Shown: piece by piece, positions 16,453-25,438 of the stretch
Layout: every line of letters starts with the position of its first letter
Numbering within the stretch: position 1 is the first letter of the stretch
Assembly: GCA_964459665.1 (NCBI GenBank)
Contig: CAYWNO010000002.1
Coordinates: forward strand, 1-27,464
From: an uncultured Methanosarcinales archaeon
GTDB taxonomy: Archaea > Nanobdellota > Nanobdellia > Woesearchaeales > GW2011-AR4
DNA length: 27,464 bases
Reading direction: 5' to 3'
Notes under the pieces: model-generated
What the model saw: the letters and a program-made list of their open reading frames with translations, nothing else
Database searches by the model: none
What the model was told of the DNA's origin: nothing
Translations under genes and position numbers: made by a program

Positions 16453-17289
16453 ATGCTCCAGCAATTACAGCAGGTTTTTCATTCAATAACCAAATCCCTC
16501 GAAGTGTTTTATGTAATCGAAGGGGTAAAGCCCTGCGCAAGAATACTTTTTCCAGAGGATGAGCTAAAAAAAGTTACCGATTTCCTGTCTGAAAAAAGCG
16601 TCCATGCATTTTTTTCTGACTTCAAGGTTGCAAAGCAGAATGCGCAAAGCGAATTCTATTCCGATAAATCAATTAAAATTCCAAAAAATGCACCGCAAAA
16701 AGGGCATTTTTTGGCGTATTTATCAAAAAACAGAGATATTGCGCAGAAAGCAAAGCTTGCAGAGCAAAAAAATAACCACAAGGAATTGGGATTATTGCTG
16801 GGCTATCCGGAATGCTGCTGTAATTTTTTTGCCGATAATTTTGACGATAAAAATACGGATTTGACCTTAAAAGTTTTGGAGAATTCTAAGGGATATGAAT
16901 TTTCGTTTTACAACAACATAGGGGCGAGGCATTTTGATGTATCTTTGCTGAGCCATTTTCCGCACAGCTTTGGCTGCAGGCCTTCCATTAAGACAGCAGA
17001 ATCCAACCTGAAGATACTTTCAGAAAACTCTTTGCCATTGGCGGAAATTTTTCCCAAGATACTAAAATCTGTTTTGGTTTATACAACCGATGAAGGAATA
17101 TTCCTGTTGAAGAACTGCGAAAAGATTGGCGAAGAGATAGCGTACAATGAAGTATTGACAACGACTAAAAACAAGCTGTATTTTCTGCTTTCGTCAAACA
17201 GGAAATTAAGGATTGAAAGCAAGAAAAGCTTTTTTGTGGACGATATAAACATAAAAGGCAGAAGATATGGAATTTGCATATTTAATTGA
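16453..17289 (+). CDS. DUF483-like hypothetical protein
   Basis: ELGLLLGYPECCCNFF and SLLSHFPHSFGC motifs recalled as DUF483-like. ATG at 16453; the frame stays open upstream through the repeat to 16315. Confidence 0.65.
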   Translation: MLQQLQQVFHSITKSLEVFYVIEGVKPCARILFPEDELKKVTDFLSEKSVHAFFSDFKVAKQNAQSEFYSDKSIKIPKNAPQKGHFLAYLSKNRDIAQKAKLAEQKNNHKELGLLLGYPECCCNFFADNFDDKNTDLTLKVLENSKGYEFSFYNNIGARHFDVSLLSHFPHSFGCRPSIKTAESNLKILSENSLPLAEIFPKILKSVLVYTTDEGIFLLKNCEKIGEEIAYNEVLTTTKNKLYFLLSSNRKLRIESKKSFFVDDINIKGRRYGICIFN

Positions 17290-17300
17290 ATCTGCTCATT

Positions 17301-17429
17301 CCACTGGTGTGTTCACCAGTGGCGAAAATATCGAATTAACACACCAGTTACATTCGTGAGCCAAGAACCGCCTGAATGTACTTGTAACTTTCCTCATGCC
17401 GCCCATCTATTGATGGGCGGTTCTTGACT
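17301..17429. other. Structured GC-richer intergenic segment between convergent genes (ncRNA or IS-end remnant)
   Basis: CCACTGGTG-TGTT-CACCAGTGG hairpin; CCGCCCATC-TATT-GATGGGCGG hairpin; AGCCAAGAACCGCC (17359-17372) is complementary to 17416-17429. Confidence 0.5.
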
Positions 17430-17432
17430 GAT

Positions 17433-17473
17433 GTTGAAAAATTCGCCTGAAAAGCGAATTTTTCAAAGTTCTC
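17433..17473. repeat. Family-1 palindrome overlapping the trmB stop codon
   Basis: GTTGAAAAATTCGCCTGAAAAGCGAATTTTTCAAAGTTCTC. Confidence 0.9.
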
Positions 17474-18272
17474 ATTGAGGCTTTTGCTGGCTGCTCTCGA
17501 ACAGGATATTGACTGCGCTTACGAAGAAAGGGCTGCTTATCCATATTGCAACCTCGTAATCCGGAACCACGCTTTGGTTTGATACTATAAAAATCATTTC
17601 TTTTCCGTCAACGCTTGCGAACCTTGTGCTCGGGTTGCATTCAATATACTCTACATTCTGGAGCTTTTTGATGACTGCCTTGTTGTAAGGCGAGTAAAGC
17701 CTTGCTTTTACCCCTTTTTTTGCAAATGCCTGCGCAAATCCTCTTAGCAGCTTGGCGCTCCTTTCAACCTGCTCATCGGTTGTTGCAAAAACAAGATTTG
17801 ATTTGGCATTTGAAAGCATCTTCTTTAAGTGCTTGTTGATGCTTGTCCTTCCTATTATTGATTTGGAAATGCTGGAAATATCTACCTGCTGAACTCCGCT
17901 CTTGTGCAGCAATTCTAGCTCTCTGAATTCATCAGTTTCCTTTATGCCTTCGAACTGGATGGAGAGCACATCGGCTTCTTGATTTATGTTATCCTTGACT
18001 CTTTCCAGAATTGCATCCGGATTTACGGCAAGATATTTTATTGGCTTTCCTATGCTCATTATTATGAATCCTTTCTTTTCGAGCGACTCAAGAACATCGT
18101 AGCACCTGCTTCTTGGCACCCCGGAAATATCAGACAGCTCGCCTGCGGAAGCAATCCCTCTGCTTAGCAAAGAAGCCCATATTTTTACTTCATAAATATT
18201 CAGCTTGAAATGTTTTTTCAGCTCGGATAAAAAATGGTTTTTTAAAAACTGGTTATTATTTTGTTCTTTCAT
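17472..18272 (-). CDS. trmB: TrmB-family transcriptional regulator / chromatin protein
   Basis: LNIYEVKIWASLL...AGELSDISGVPRSRCYDVLESLEKKGF...GKPIKYLAVNP winged HTH; GGAGA RBS upstream of ATG 18272. Confidence 0.9.
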   Translation of the reverse strand: MKEQNNNQFLKNHFLSELKKHFKLNIYEVKIWASLLSRGIASAGELSDISGVPRSRCYDVLESLEKKGFIIMSIGKPIKYLAVNPDAILERVKDNINQEADVLSIQFEGIKETDEFRELELLHKSGVQQVDISSISKSIIGRTSINKHLKKMLSNAKSNLVFATTDEQVERSAKLLRGFAQAFAKKGVKARLYSPYNKAVIKKLQNVEYIECNPSTRFASVDGKEMIFIVSNQSVVPDYEVAIWISSPFFVSAVNILFESSQQKPQ

Positions 18273-18455
18273 GAGGCTTATCTCCTTTTGGCTTTTGGAA
18301 ACAAATTTCATCTTTGAGATGAAATTTGTTTTATCAAGCTTCGCTATCTGCGGCAGCTTTCCGAGTTTTTTTAAATGGCTGCGCTAACAGTAAAAACAGG
18401 CAGCGAAGCAATCTGAAAAATCTTTCATCCTTGTGGATGAAAGATTTTTATTTAG

Positions 18456-18494
18456 GTATTTAAACTTTTCTATATAACACCACTTTAAAGTGGT
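18456..18494 (-). promoter_or_regulatory. BRE-TATA (GAAAAGTTTAAATAC, 18470-18456) plus upstream 16-bp perfect palindrome ACCACTTTAAAGTGGT (18479-18494)
   Basis: Matches the archaeal BRE/TATA consensus and points toward trmB. Confidence 0.6.
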
Positions 18495-18508
18495 TATCTA
18501 ATATTCAC

Positions 18509-18554
18509 TTGAAAAATTCGCCTGAAAAGCGAATAATTGATTTTTTCAAAGTTT
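18509..18554. repeat. Family-1/family-2 hybrid palindrome next to the stop of 18556-19659
   Basis: TTGAAAAATTCGCCTGAAAAGCGAAT followed by AATTGATTTTTTCAAAGTTT. Confidence 0.8.
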
Positions 18555-18555
18555 T

Positions 18556-19659
18556 TTATTTTACCGGGCTCTTCTTCCTGAATATATAAGCAATCAGGAA
18601 AACTCCCGCTATCACCGCAATTATTTCGGCTATTGCTATTCCTGCAACAAACGCATTGCCGCTTAGAAATCCTTCCTGAGTAACGATTGCGTCTTCAGCA
18701 GGCGTTGAGTCGGTGTTTGTCTGCGTTGCAGATGCATTGTTTTTTCCGATCTTAGGCATTATGACTTCAACGCCTGAGCTTTCTTCAGAAGGATTTATAG
18801 GGCTTGCAGGCGGCTTTGCGCAATTGTTGACAATCAGCATAGCTGTGTTTTCTGTTGATTTGCGGTCGTTGTTGTATAATGCTTTTAATGTAATCAGGTA
18901 GTTGCCGGCTTCCGCATCCTTTGGCACATTGATGGCATATGTTTTTGAAAATTTGCTTTCAGGCTCGTTTGGCCTGGAAAATATCGTCCCGATTTTGTCG
19001 TTTATGCTTATTCCCAAATCACGGTTTGATACCTGCACAGACACTCCATCCTCGTCAAGATTGCCTATGTTCAGTATGCTTGTGCTAATCTGGACATTTT
19101 TCCTGTTGCATGAAACCTGCTCAGGAGTAAGTGACATTTTAACAATCTTTAGCAGGTGATTGTCATTTATTACTTCGAGCTTTAGCTTCATCTCTGAGGT
19201 TTCGCTTGTCCCATCTTCGTCCTGGCCTTCTGCCGTTATAACCACATTGTAAGTTTCTTCCCTTACCTGCAATGGAATGTCAAACTTCAAAAATGATTTT
19301 CTTTCGGTGTTGGCACTCAAGTCGAACCTGTCAGATTCTATATCGACGTCTTCTCCACCGTCTATTCCTTCAATGGTTGTCTTGACAGTTATATCCCTTA
19401 TTTTTAAGTCCTGCGACCTTGTAAAGTTATTTCTCACTTCGACCCTGAATTCAACCGTATGGTCGGGCCTTGCCTCCTCGCTTATAGTATCGCCGTTGCT
19501 TAAATTCCTCAGTGTCTTGCTGCTTACCTTTACGTCGACATTGGATATAACAAGATTCTTAGCGCTTGCAGCAGATGCCTGCAGAGAATTATTCATCAGT
19601 ATAACTATGACAAATACAATTAAGCCCACCATTAATGCCTTTATCTTGATTTTAATCAC
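18556..19659 (-). CDS. Secreted, C-terminally membrane-anchored S-layer-like protein with Ig/CARDB-type beta domains
   Basis: N-terminal hydrophobic signal, beta-rich domains (EAGNYLITLKALY), Pro/Ser/Thr linker, C-terminal TM helix followed by RKK. Confidence 0.75.
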   Translation of the reverse strand: MIKIKIKALMVGLIVFVIVILMNNSLQASAASAKNLVISNVDVKVSSKTLRNLSNGDTISEEARPDHTVEFRVEVRNNFTRSQDLKIRDITVKTTIEGIDGGEDVDIESDRFDLSANTERKSFLKFDIPLQVREETYNVVITAEGQDEDGTSETSEMKLKLEVINDNHLLKIVKMSLTPEQVSCNRKNVQISTSILNIGNLDEDGVSVQVSNRDLGISINDKIGTIFSRPNEPESKFSKTYAINVPKDAEAGNYLITLKALYNNDRKSTENTAMLIVNNCAKPPASPINPSEESSGVEVIMPKIGKNNASATQTNTDSTPAEDAIVTQEGFLSGNAFVAGIAIAEIIAVIAGVFLIAYIFRKKSPVK

Positions 19660-19683
19660 CTTAAGCCTGATAAAAGTCTTTAG

Positions 19684-19698
19684 TATTTAAATTTTTCG
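19684..19698 (-). promoter_or_regulatory. BRE-TATA promoter CGAAAAATTTAAATA
   Basis: Near-consensus archaeal promoter 25 nt upstream of the GTG at 19659. Confidence 0.7.
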
Positions 19699-19765
19699 TT
19701 ATTTAGTAATAGTAACATTAATGGGATTATTGTCAAACAGACCTAAAATAGTATTGTTTGTATAT

Positions 19766-19874
19766 TATAGAGAACTTTGAATAACCCTCTGAAAATAACA
19801 ATTTATTATTTGCGCATCGTCGAGACTGAAAATCAAAACAATTCAAAAAATGGGGTTATTCAAAGTCCTCTATA
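19766..19874. mobile_element. 109-bp MITE-like element with the same TIRs but a different interior
   Basis: TATAGAGAACTTTGAATAACCC...GGGGTTATTCAAAGTCCTCTATA; shares TATA 19871-19874 with the next element. Confidence 0.75.
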
Positions 19875-19957
19875 GAGAGTTTTGAATAACCCTATTCCAT
19901 TTATAAATAAACTGCATTTACTTTATAAATACAGGGAGTTATTCAAAGTCCTCTATA
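19871..19957. mobile_element. 87-bp MITE-like element (inverted copy of 15270-15356)
   Basis: One mismatch in 87 nt. Confidence 0.8.
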
Positions 19958-20252
19958 TGTCATTTGCTTATTACGAACGGACAACAATTGTCTAATTATT
20001 TTTGTCCGTGAGTATAGTTCATCTTTTGCAAAGCATACCGACTAATTTTTTGTAACTTCTTAGTCATTTGTGCATATTTTCGCAGCCTTTGCTTCTCATT
20101 TTTGTCCGTGGCGTTGAATTTCTTTATCTCATCAAAAAGTGCAGAAATCTTGGCTAATTATTAAAGTGTAAACTAATAATCAAATTAAACATTGGCGCAT
20201 GTGAACCGAAACAATTAAATACCTTTAATATTATTAAATATTATTTAATATT

Positions 20253-20405
20253 ATGAAAAGCAAAGAAGCTTTTGTAAGGTACATACGAAAGACGGGGACA
20301 AGCCTTGGCATAAACATACCTCTTGAAGTAGTGGAGATTCTTGGTATCGGCGAAAATGACATGGTGAGGGTTACAGTTGAAAAAATCAGGAAAAAATCCA
20401 AATAA
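20253..20405 (+). CDS. AbrB/MazE/SpoVT-family DNA-binding protein (50 aa; absent from the ORF track)
   Basis: MKSKEAFVRYIRKTGTSLGINIPLEVVEILGIGENDMVRVTVEKIRKKSK fits the RKxGxSLxIxIPxE...LGIxExDxVxV pattern; CGAAACAATTAAATA promoter upstream. Confidence 0.85.
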   Translation: MKSKEAFVRYIRKTGTSLGINIPLEVVEILGIGENDMVRVTVEKIRKKSK

Positions 20406-20454
20406 AGTGCAATGCCTTATGCTAAAAGGGCATTTTGATAGGTGCAAGACTCTA

Positions 20455-22032
20455 ATGCAAAAAAGCTTTTTTAAAACAAAAATTTTCATAGTGTTTCTTG
20501 CGGCAGTCTTATTATCGGCGCAGGCAAGCTCATTTACGGCAAACAGCAGCGAAAAATCATTTGATTTTGTAATTGCCTCCGGCAAAGGCGCTAACCTATC
20601 CTCTTCTAATTTCGAGGCTCATTACTCTATCGGAGACGGCTCAATTGGCGCTTTAAACTCTTCAGGCTTTAAGGCCCAGATGGGATTTTCAAGGGCTTTG
20701 CCCTATTTGGATGGCGAATCATGCAATGCGGGCATTGAATGCCTTGTAGGCAATTGCTGCAGCGGCATATGCCAAAGCGCTGCATGCGCAAGTAAAACAA
20801 CACCATCTTCCAGCGCAGCCGCTTCCGCATCCACAGGGAGCGTTAGCAGCGCGGGCGGCGGAAGCGCTCTTTTGAATCCAAGCTTTAGCCTGGACAAATC
20901 CGTATTGAAATTTGTTTTATTGAGCGGAGAATCTTCCGGAGAAATGCTTGAAATAGAAAATAACGGCGATGTCAGGCTAACATTTAATGTAAGCGTGGAA
21001 GGAATTGAAGATTTAGTGATAATAAATGAGCAATCATTCACGCTAAAGCCAAATGAAAGCAAAATGATAAGGTTAGACGCATTCGCTCCTGAAAACCACG
21101 CTCCGGGAACATATGCCGGCAGAATCTCATTTGACGCAGGCTTTGTTAGGAAAATCATAAACGTCATTATAGACATCAAGCAGAGGCAAGCATTATTCGA
21201 CATAAAGGTTGTGCCAAAAAAAACCACGATAAGCCCGGATGAAAACGCAGAAGCGGACATAATCCTCTACAACCTTGGCACTTTAAAGCCTGTTGACGTG
21301 ATTGTGTTCTACTCCTTAAGGGATCTTGACGGCAACGACTTAGCTTATGGAGAGGAAACTGTTGCGGTCAGGGAACAAACGCTGCTTAACAGGAAATTAA
21401 GGCTGCCTGAAAACATAAAACCCGCAAATTACCTCTTTTATTCGAGGCTGAGCTATAGCAACCAGACTGCAGTCAGCAGCAGCCTTCTAACTGTGATTCG
21501 AAGAGAATCTAAGGCATCAGAGCCTAAGGCAACGCAAAAATCAATCAATCAGATTCCGATTTATTTATCATTTATTCTGCTTGCCGCATTAGCGATTGCA
21601 GCAGGGCTAACCGCATTTTATCTCAAAAGAAATCAGCAGATTACAGTTAAAGTCCCAAAAGAAAGGTCTCAGGAAACGCAGGAAAAAGAGATTCAGATAG
21701 TTTTAGAAGACGAGAATGAAGTTGGCAAGATTATAGAAACAATCAGTTTCCTGCCAAAACAAAAGCCCGGGCGGACAGCAAAAAGAGTGCCAGAAGGGAA
21801 AGACAAAACAAGAAAGCTTTTGAGCCAAATCAAGCATTGGAAAAAACAGGGCTATGATACCTCGCTGTTAGAGCTGGAAATCAAAGCCCTGAAAAACACG
21901 CAATTAACAAATGAGACACAAAAGATAAAAGATTGGAAGAGAAAAGGCTACAATACCCTTATGCTGGAAGAGGAATTAAGGAGATTTAGAATAGAAAAAA
22001 ATAGAAAAAGATTTAAAGGGCTAATCAAATAA
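20455..22032 (+). CDS. Secreted/membrane surface protein: Cys-rich motif, Ig-like domains, TM helix, cytoplasmic tail
   Basis: Signal MQKSFFKTKIFIVFLAAVLLSAQA; CNAGIECLVGNCCSGIC; Ser/Ala linker; PGTYAGRI; TM LSFILLAALAIAAGLTAFYL; two WKxxGY repeats. Confidence 0.75.
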   Translation: MQKSFFKTKIFIVFLAAVLLSAQASSFTANSSEKSFDFVIASGKGANLSSSNFEAHYSIGDGSIGALNSSGFKAQMGFSRALPYLDGESCNAGIECLVGNCCSGICQSAACASKTTPSSSAAASASTGSVSSAGGGSALLNPSFSLDKSVLKFVLLSGESSGEMLEIENNGDVRLTFNVSVEGIEDLVIINEQSFTLKPNESKMIRLDAFAPENHAPGTYAGRISFDAGFVRKIINVIIDIKQRQALFDIKVVPKKTTISPDENAEADIILYNLGTLKPVDVIVFYSLRDLDGNDLAYGEETVAVREQTLLNRKLRLPENIKPANYLFYSRLSYSNQTAVSSSLLTVIRRESKASEPKATQKSINQIPIYLSFILLAALAIAAGLTAFYLKRNQQITVKVPKERSQETQEKEIQIVLEDENEVGKIIETISFLPKQKPGRTAKRVPEGKDKTRKLLSQIKHWKKQGYDTSLLELEIKALKNTQLTNETQKIKDWKRKGYNTLMLEEELRRFRIEKNRKRFKGLIK

Positions 22033-22049
22033 ATCGAAGGTGAGGGCTA

Positions 22050-23660
22050 ATGAATATAGAAGAGCTGAAAAAAGATTTTGATGTTTTTAGCAAGGGAATA
22101 GAAAGGCTCGAGGAGCTCAAAGCGGAATTTGAGAAAATTGATGTTTCCGGGCGCGAAAAAGAGGCTGATGAAATAAGGCCGATGCTAAAAAATGTCTCGG
22201 CCATACCCCAGCTTGAAATTAAAATAGCCGGCTTGAGGGATGCCGTCAATGGGAAGGATAAAAACACGCATAAGAAGCCAATGGCGGGATTAAAAGAGCT
22301 TATTCTCAAAAAAAGACATTCGCATCCTAAACCGCAAATCACTGGCAAAGATCTGGAATACATACATGAAATCCCGCTTTTGGAAAAGCAGATAGCTGAA
22401 ATAAAAGAATTGGGCAAGCTGAAATTAAAGGAAGGCATTGACAAGTCAGAGGAAAGGCTCAGAAAGAAACTCGAAGACGAATTTGACAGGAAAAAATCCG
22501 CATTTCTTGAAAGGTATGATTTGGATTACAAAAACAAGATAAAAGAGATTGAATCAAAAAACAGCGGGATTCTTAAAGACAAGGAATTTCATATCAGGGC
22601 AAAATTGAGGCAGGAATTTGAAGCCAAGGAAAGGCTGATGCGGGCTGAATTGTCGGATGAGCTTCAAAATCAGATGAGGCATTTTAGTGGGAAAGTTACT
22701 GCCGCCGAGTTAGAGAATAAAAACCTTGAATATTTAAAAATAAGGGAAGGAGCTATCAGAAATGAAATATTTTCAGAGTTGGAAAAAAAACTGGAAAGCG
22801 AAAAAGCCGATTACATCAAAAAGCGCGAGCATGAGCTAAAGGAGGAATTTGGGAGAAGGCTGGAGCAGAAAGAAGCAGAGAGCCGCAAATACATCAAGGA
22901 AAAAGAAAGCGCAATCAAGCAGGAAGCGATGAATGAACTTGAAAAGGGAAAGGACATCTTAAGGAGAAAATACGAATTGGAAATAAGCGGCGCTCTAAAA
23001 AAACTGGAAAGCGAAAAAGCCGATTACATCAAAAAGCGCGAGCATGAGCTAAAGGAGGAATTGGGCAGAAAGCTTGCGCAGAAAGAGGCAGAGAGCAATA
23101 AGCACATCAGGGAAAAAGAAAGCGCAATCAAGCAGGAAGCGATGGCTGATCTTGAGAAGTCAAAGGATATATTAAGGAAAAAATATGAACTGGAAATCAG
23201 CAGAGAGATAAAAGAATCTGAAAGCGAAAAAGCTGACTACATCAAAAAGCGCGAGCATGAGCTAAAGGAGGAATTTGGGAGAAGATTAGCCCAGAGAGAG
23301 GCAGAGGGCTACGAATATCTGAAGGAAAAAGAAAGCTCAATCAAGCAGGAAGCGATGAATGAACTTGAAAAGGGAAAACGCCTCTTAAGGGAAAAATACG
23401 AATTGCAAATAAGCAGCGAGCTAAAAGAACTTGAAAGAGAAATGGAAAATGAAAAATCTTCCTACATCAAAAAGCGCGAGCATGAGCTAAAGGAGGAATT
23501 TGGGAGAAGGCTGGAGCAGAAAGAAGCAGAGAGCCGCAAATACATCAAGGAAAAAGAAAGCGCAATCAAGCAGGAAGCGATGGCTGATCTTGAGAAGGAA
23601 AAACGCATCTTTAAGGAAGACGTAAAAGATTCAATCAAGCATTTATTGGAAAAGGAGTAA
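22050..23660 (+). CDS. Lys/Glu-rich coiled-coil protein with four ~71-aa tandem repeats
   Basis: GAAGGTGAGG RBS; repeat units start at 22785, 22998, 23211 and 23436. Confidence 0.85.
   Translation: MNIEELKKDFDVFSKGIERLEELKAEFEKIDVSGREKEADEIRPMLKNVSAIPQLEIKIAGLRDAVNGKDKNTHKKPMAGLKELILKKRHSHPKPQITGKDLEYIHEIPLLEKQIAEIKELGKLKLKEGIDKSEERLRKKLEDEFDRKKSAFLERYDLDYKNKIKEIESKNSGILKDKEFHIRAKLRQEFEAKERLMRAELSDELQNQMRHFSGKVTAAELENKNLEYLKIREGAIRNEIFSELEKKLESEKADYIKKREHELKEEFGRRLEQKEAESRKYIKEKESAIKQEAMNELEKGKDILRRKYELEISGALKKLESEKADYIKKREHELKEELGRKLAQKEAESNKHIREKESAIKQEAMADLEKSKDILRKKYELEISREIKESESEKADYIKKREHELKEEFGRRLAQREAEGYEYLKEKESSIKQEAMNELEKGKRLLREKYELQISSELKELEREMENEKSSYIKKREHELKEEFGRRLEQKEAESRKYIKEKESAIKQEAMADLEKEKRIFKEDVKDSIKHLLEKE
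22785..23657 (+). repeat. Intragenic tandem repeat, 213/213/225-bp units plus a partial fourth
   Basis: 22812-22931 and 23463-23582 are identical over 120 bp. Confidence 0.92.
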
Positions 23661-23676
23661 TTATTTTTGGGATTTT

Positions 23677-25338
23677 GTGAAGCAGCCAAAATATTATAAA
23701 AAGCGGTTGAATAGGCATTTAAATAGCTATATCAGGAAAAATATAGGCATTGGATATTCTCTTAAATCAATTGAAAAAGCCCTCATAGTTTATGGCTATG
23801 AGCGCGGCTTTGTTAACAATCTGATGAGGACATATAAATTAAATAGCGCCATAGCAAAAAATATCCCTTTGCTCCTCATTATTATTGCATTAGCGTCAAT
23901 ATTGTTGCTAATCAAGCCCGCAACAGTCGGGCGCATTGTAGCGGAAAAATCATTCAATTTTACTGACAAGGTAGGGTTAAGCGCCAATGAAAGCGGCGCT
24001 TATGCATGGAATTTAGAGAATGAAGGGCAATTAAAATCAGTTAAGATTAATGGAAGGATAAAAAACAGCGGGCTCGTAAAAATCTATCTGGAGCATGAAA
24101 ACAGCACATACCTGATTTTTGACAGCAGGAAACTGGAGATTAGCGGTTTAGAGAAATTTACGGCCCTTGCAATCAAAGAAAAAGAAGATGAAAAAGAAGA
24201 TAAGGGCAAAGAGAATAATAAGACAAAAAAAGAGGATATAAAAGAAAAAAAAGAGGATATAAACGATACAGAGATTATAAATGAAACCATAAACCAAACT
24301 GCTGAAAATGAAACAAAAGACAATGAAAGCGCCATAAACGAGACAGGACAGATAAATGAAACTATGGCGAATAATACGGCATATAACGAAACCATAAACC
24401 AAACTGCTGAAAATGAAACAAACGAAAGTATAAATAAATCAATAAAAATAAGCCTCGAGTACAACAAAGGAACCCCATACGATGAAGATGATGACGGTGC
24501 AGATTCTATTACGAATGCAATAGACTTTAGCGTTGCCAACACTTCATTTAGCTGGGCGTATGATGATTCTAGCCTTTGCTCAAGATGGGAAATTTTTTCT
24601 GAGGATGAAGCAAAAAGCACAATAGTGTGCTACGGAAGCGAGCAGTGCTGCAATTTAGTCGGCTTGTCTCCTGCAAGGGAAAAATGGGATGGGCCGCTTT
24701 ATCTTTCTTATGGCCAGTATGGGGCATCTTTGAGCAATATAATCTTAGCGCAGGTTCTTTATGTAAGCTATAACCTAAGCTTGGATACCCCTTTTTCTGA
24801 GATTTATTATTCTGAATGGAAAAACCTTACCGCCAGATTCTATCAGGAATCTGTAAGCTTTGAAAAAATATGCATCGAAACCTGCATTTTGCCGAATTTG
24901 AATTATACTTCCTATAAGATTAAATTTGAAATATACAACTCCAGCCTGTTTCTAGACAGCATTAGCTACGAAATATTGCCCAATAAAACAATAAACCACC
25001 CGCCTATTTTGCAAAAAAATATTTCCGACATATCTTTTTTTAATCATGAGAGCTACACATTAAACTTAAGCGATTATTTCTATGACGAAGAAAATGACGC
25101 TTTGGCTTACAGCTTCTATAACAACAACGAGATAGGCATAAGGATAACCAGCCAAACTGCTAATTTAACTGCCCCTGCCAACTATACGGGCATTGAATAC
25201 ATGTTTATTCTGGCAAACGATTCTTCATCTACAGCCCAATCAAACATCTTCAGGGTTGAAATAAAAGAAGAGAAGAAAGAAAACAAGAATACATCCCTAA
25301 AATCCTTGAGGCAGATGATTCAATCAATATTAAAATAA
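23677..25338 (+). CDS. Type II membrane surface glycoprotein-like protein
   Basis: Basic N-terminal domain, TM LLLIIIALASILLLI, acidic NET-rich linker (35-bp direct repeat at 24283/24388), Cys-containing beta domain, many N-x-S/T sequons. Confidence 0.75.
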   Translation: MKQPKYYKKRLNRHLNSYIRKNIGIGYSLKSIEKALIVYGYERGFVNNLMRTYKLNSAIAKNIPLLLIIIALASILLLIKPATVGRIVAEKSFNFTDKVGLSANESGAYAWNLENEGQLKSVKINGRIKNSGLVKIYLEHENSTYLIFDSRKLEISGLEKFTALAIKEKEDEKEDKGKENNKTKKEDIKEKKEDINDTEIINETINQTAENETKDNESAINETGQINETMANNTAYNETINQTAENETNESINKSIKISLEYNKGTPYDEDDDGADSITNAIDFSVANTSFSWAYDDSSLCSRWEIFSEDEAKSTIVCYGSEQCCNLVGLSPAREKWDGPLYLSYGQYGASLSNIILAQVLYVSYNLSLDTPFSEIYYSEWKNLTARFYQESVSFEKICIETCILPNLNYTSYKIKFEIYNSSLFLDSISYEILPNKTINHPPILQKNISDISFFNHESYTLNLSDYFYDEENDALAYSFYNNNEIGIRITSQTANLTAPANYTGIEYMFILANDSSSTAQSNIFRVEIKEEKKENKNTSLKSLRQMIQSILK

Positions 25339-25346
25339 TAATTATT

Positions 25347-25383
25347 TGAAAAAATCAATTTTTTCGCAAAATTGATTTTTTCA
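25347..25383. repeat. Family-2 'empty' palindrome with a perfect 16-bp stem
   Basis: TGAAAAAATCAATTTT-TTCGC-AAAATTGATTTTTTCA. Confidence 0.85.
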
Positions 25384-25438
25384 CTGATTTATCGCTTAAT
25401 AGGCTTATCTTCTTTAAAGCGCAAGCTTTGTAGACGGA

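Noticed and set aside
18273-18311. MKFVSKSQKEISL extension of TrmB
   Set aside because: Its ATG comes from a hairpin arm; the RBS supports ATG 18272.
19996-20157. 53-codon open frame on the minus strand (LAKISALFDEIKKF...) and a repeated TTTTTGTCCGTG
   Set aside because: No start codon at its 5' end and no recognisable motif.
22785-23657. Possible CRISPR array
   Set aside because: The repeats are in-frame coding units of 213 bp or more without unique spacers; no cas genes in the window. The dispersed palindromes are also not arrayed.
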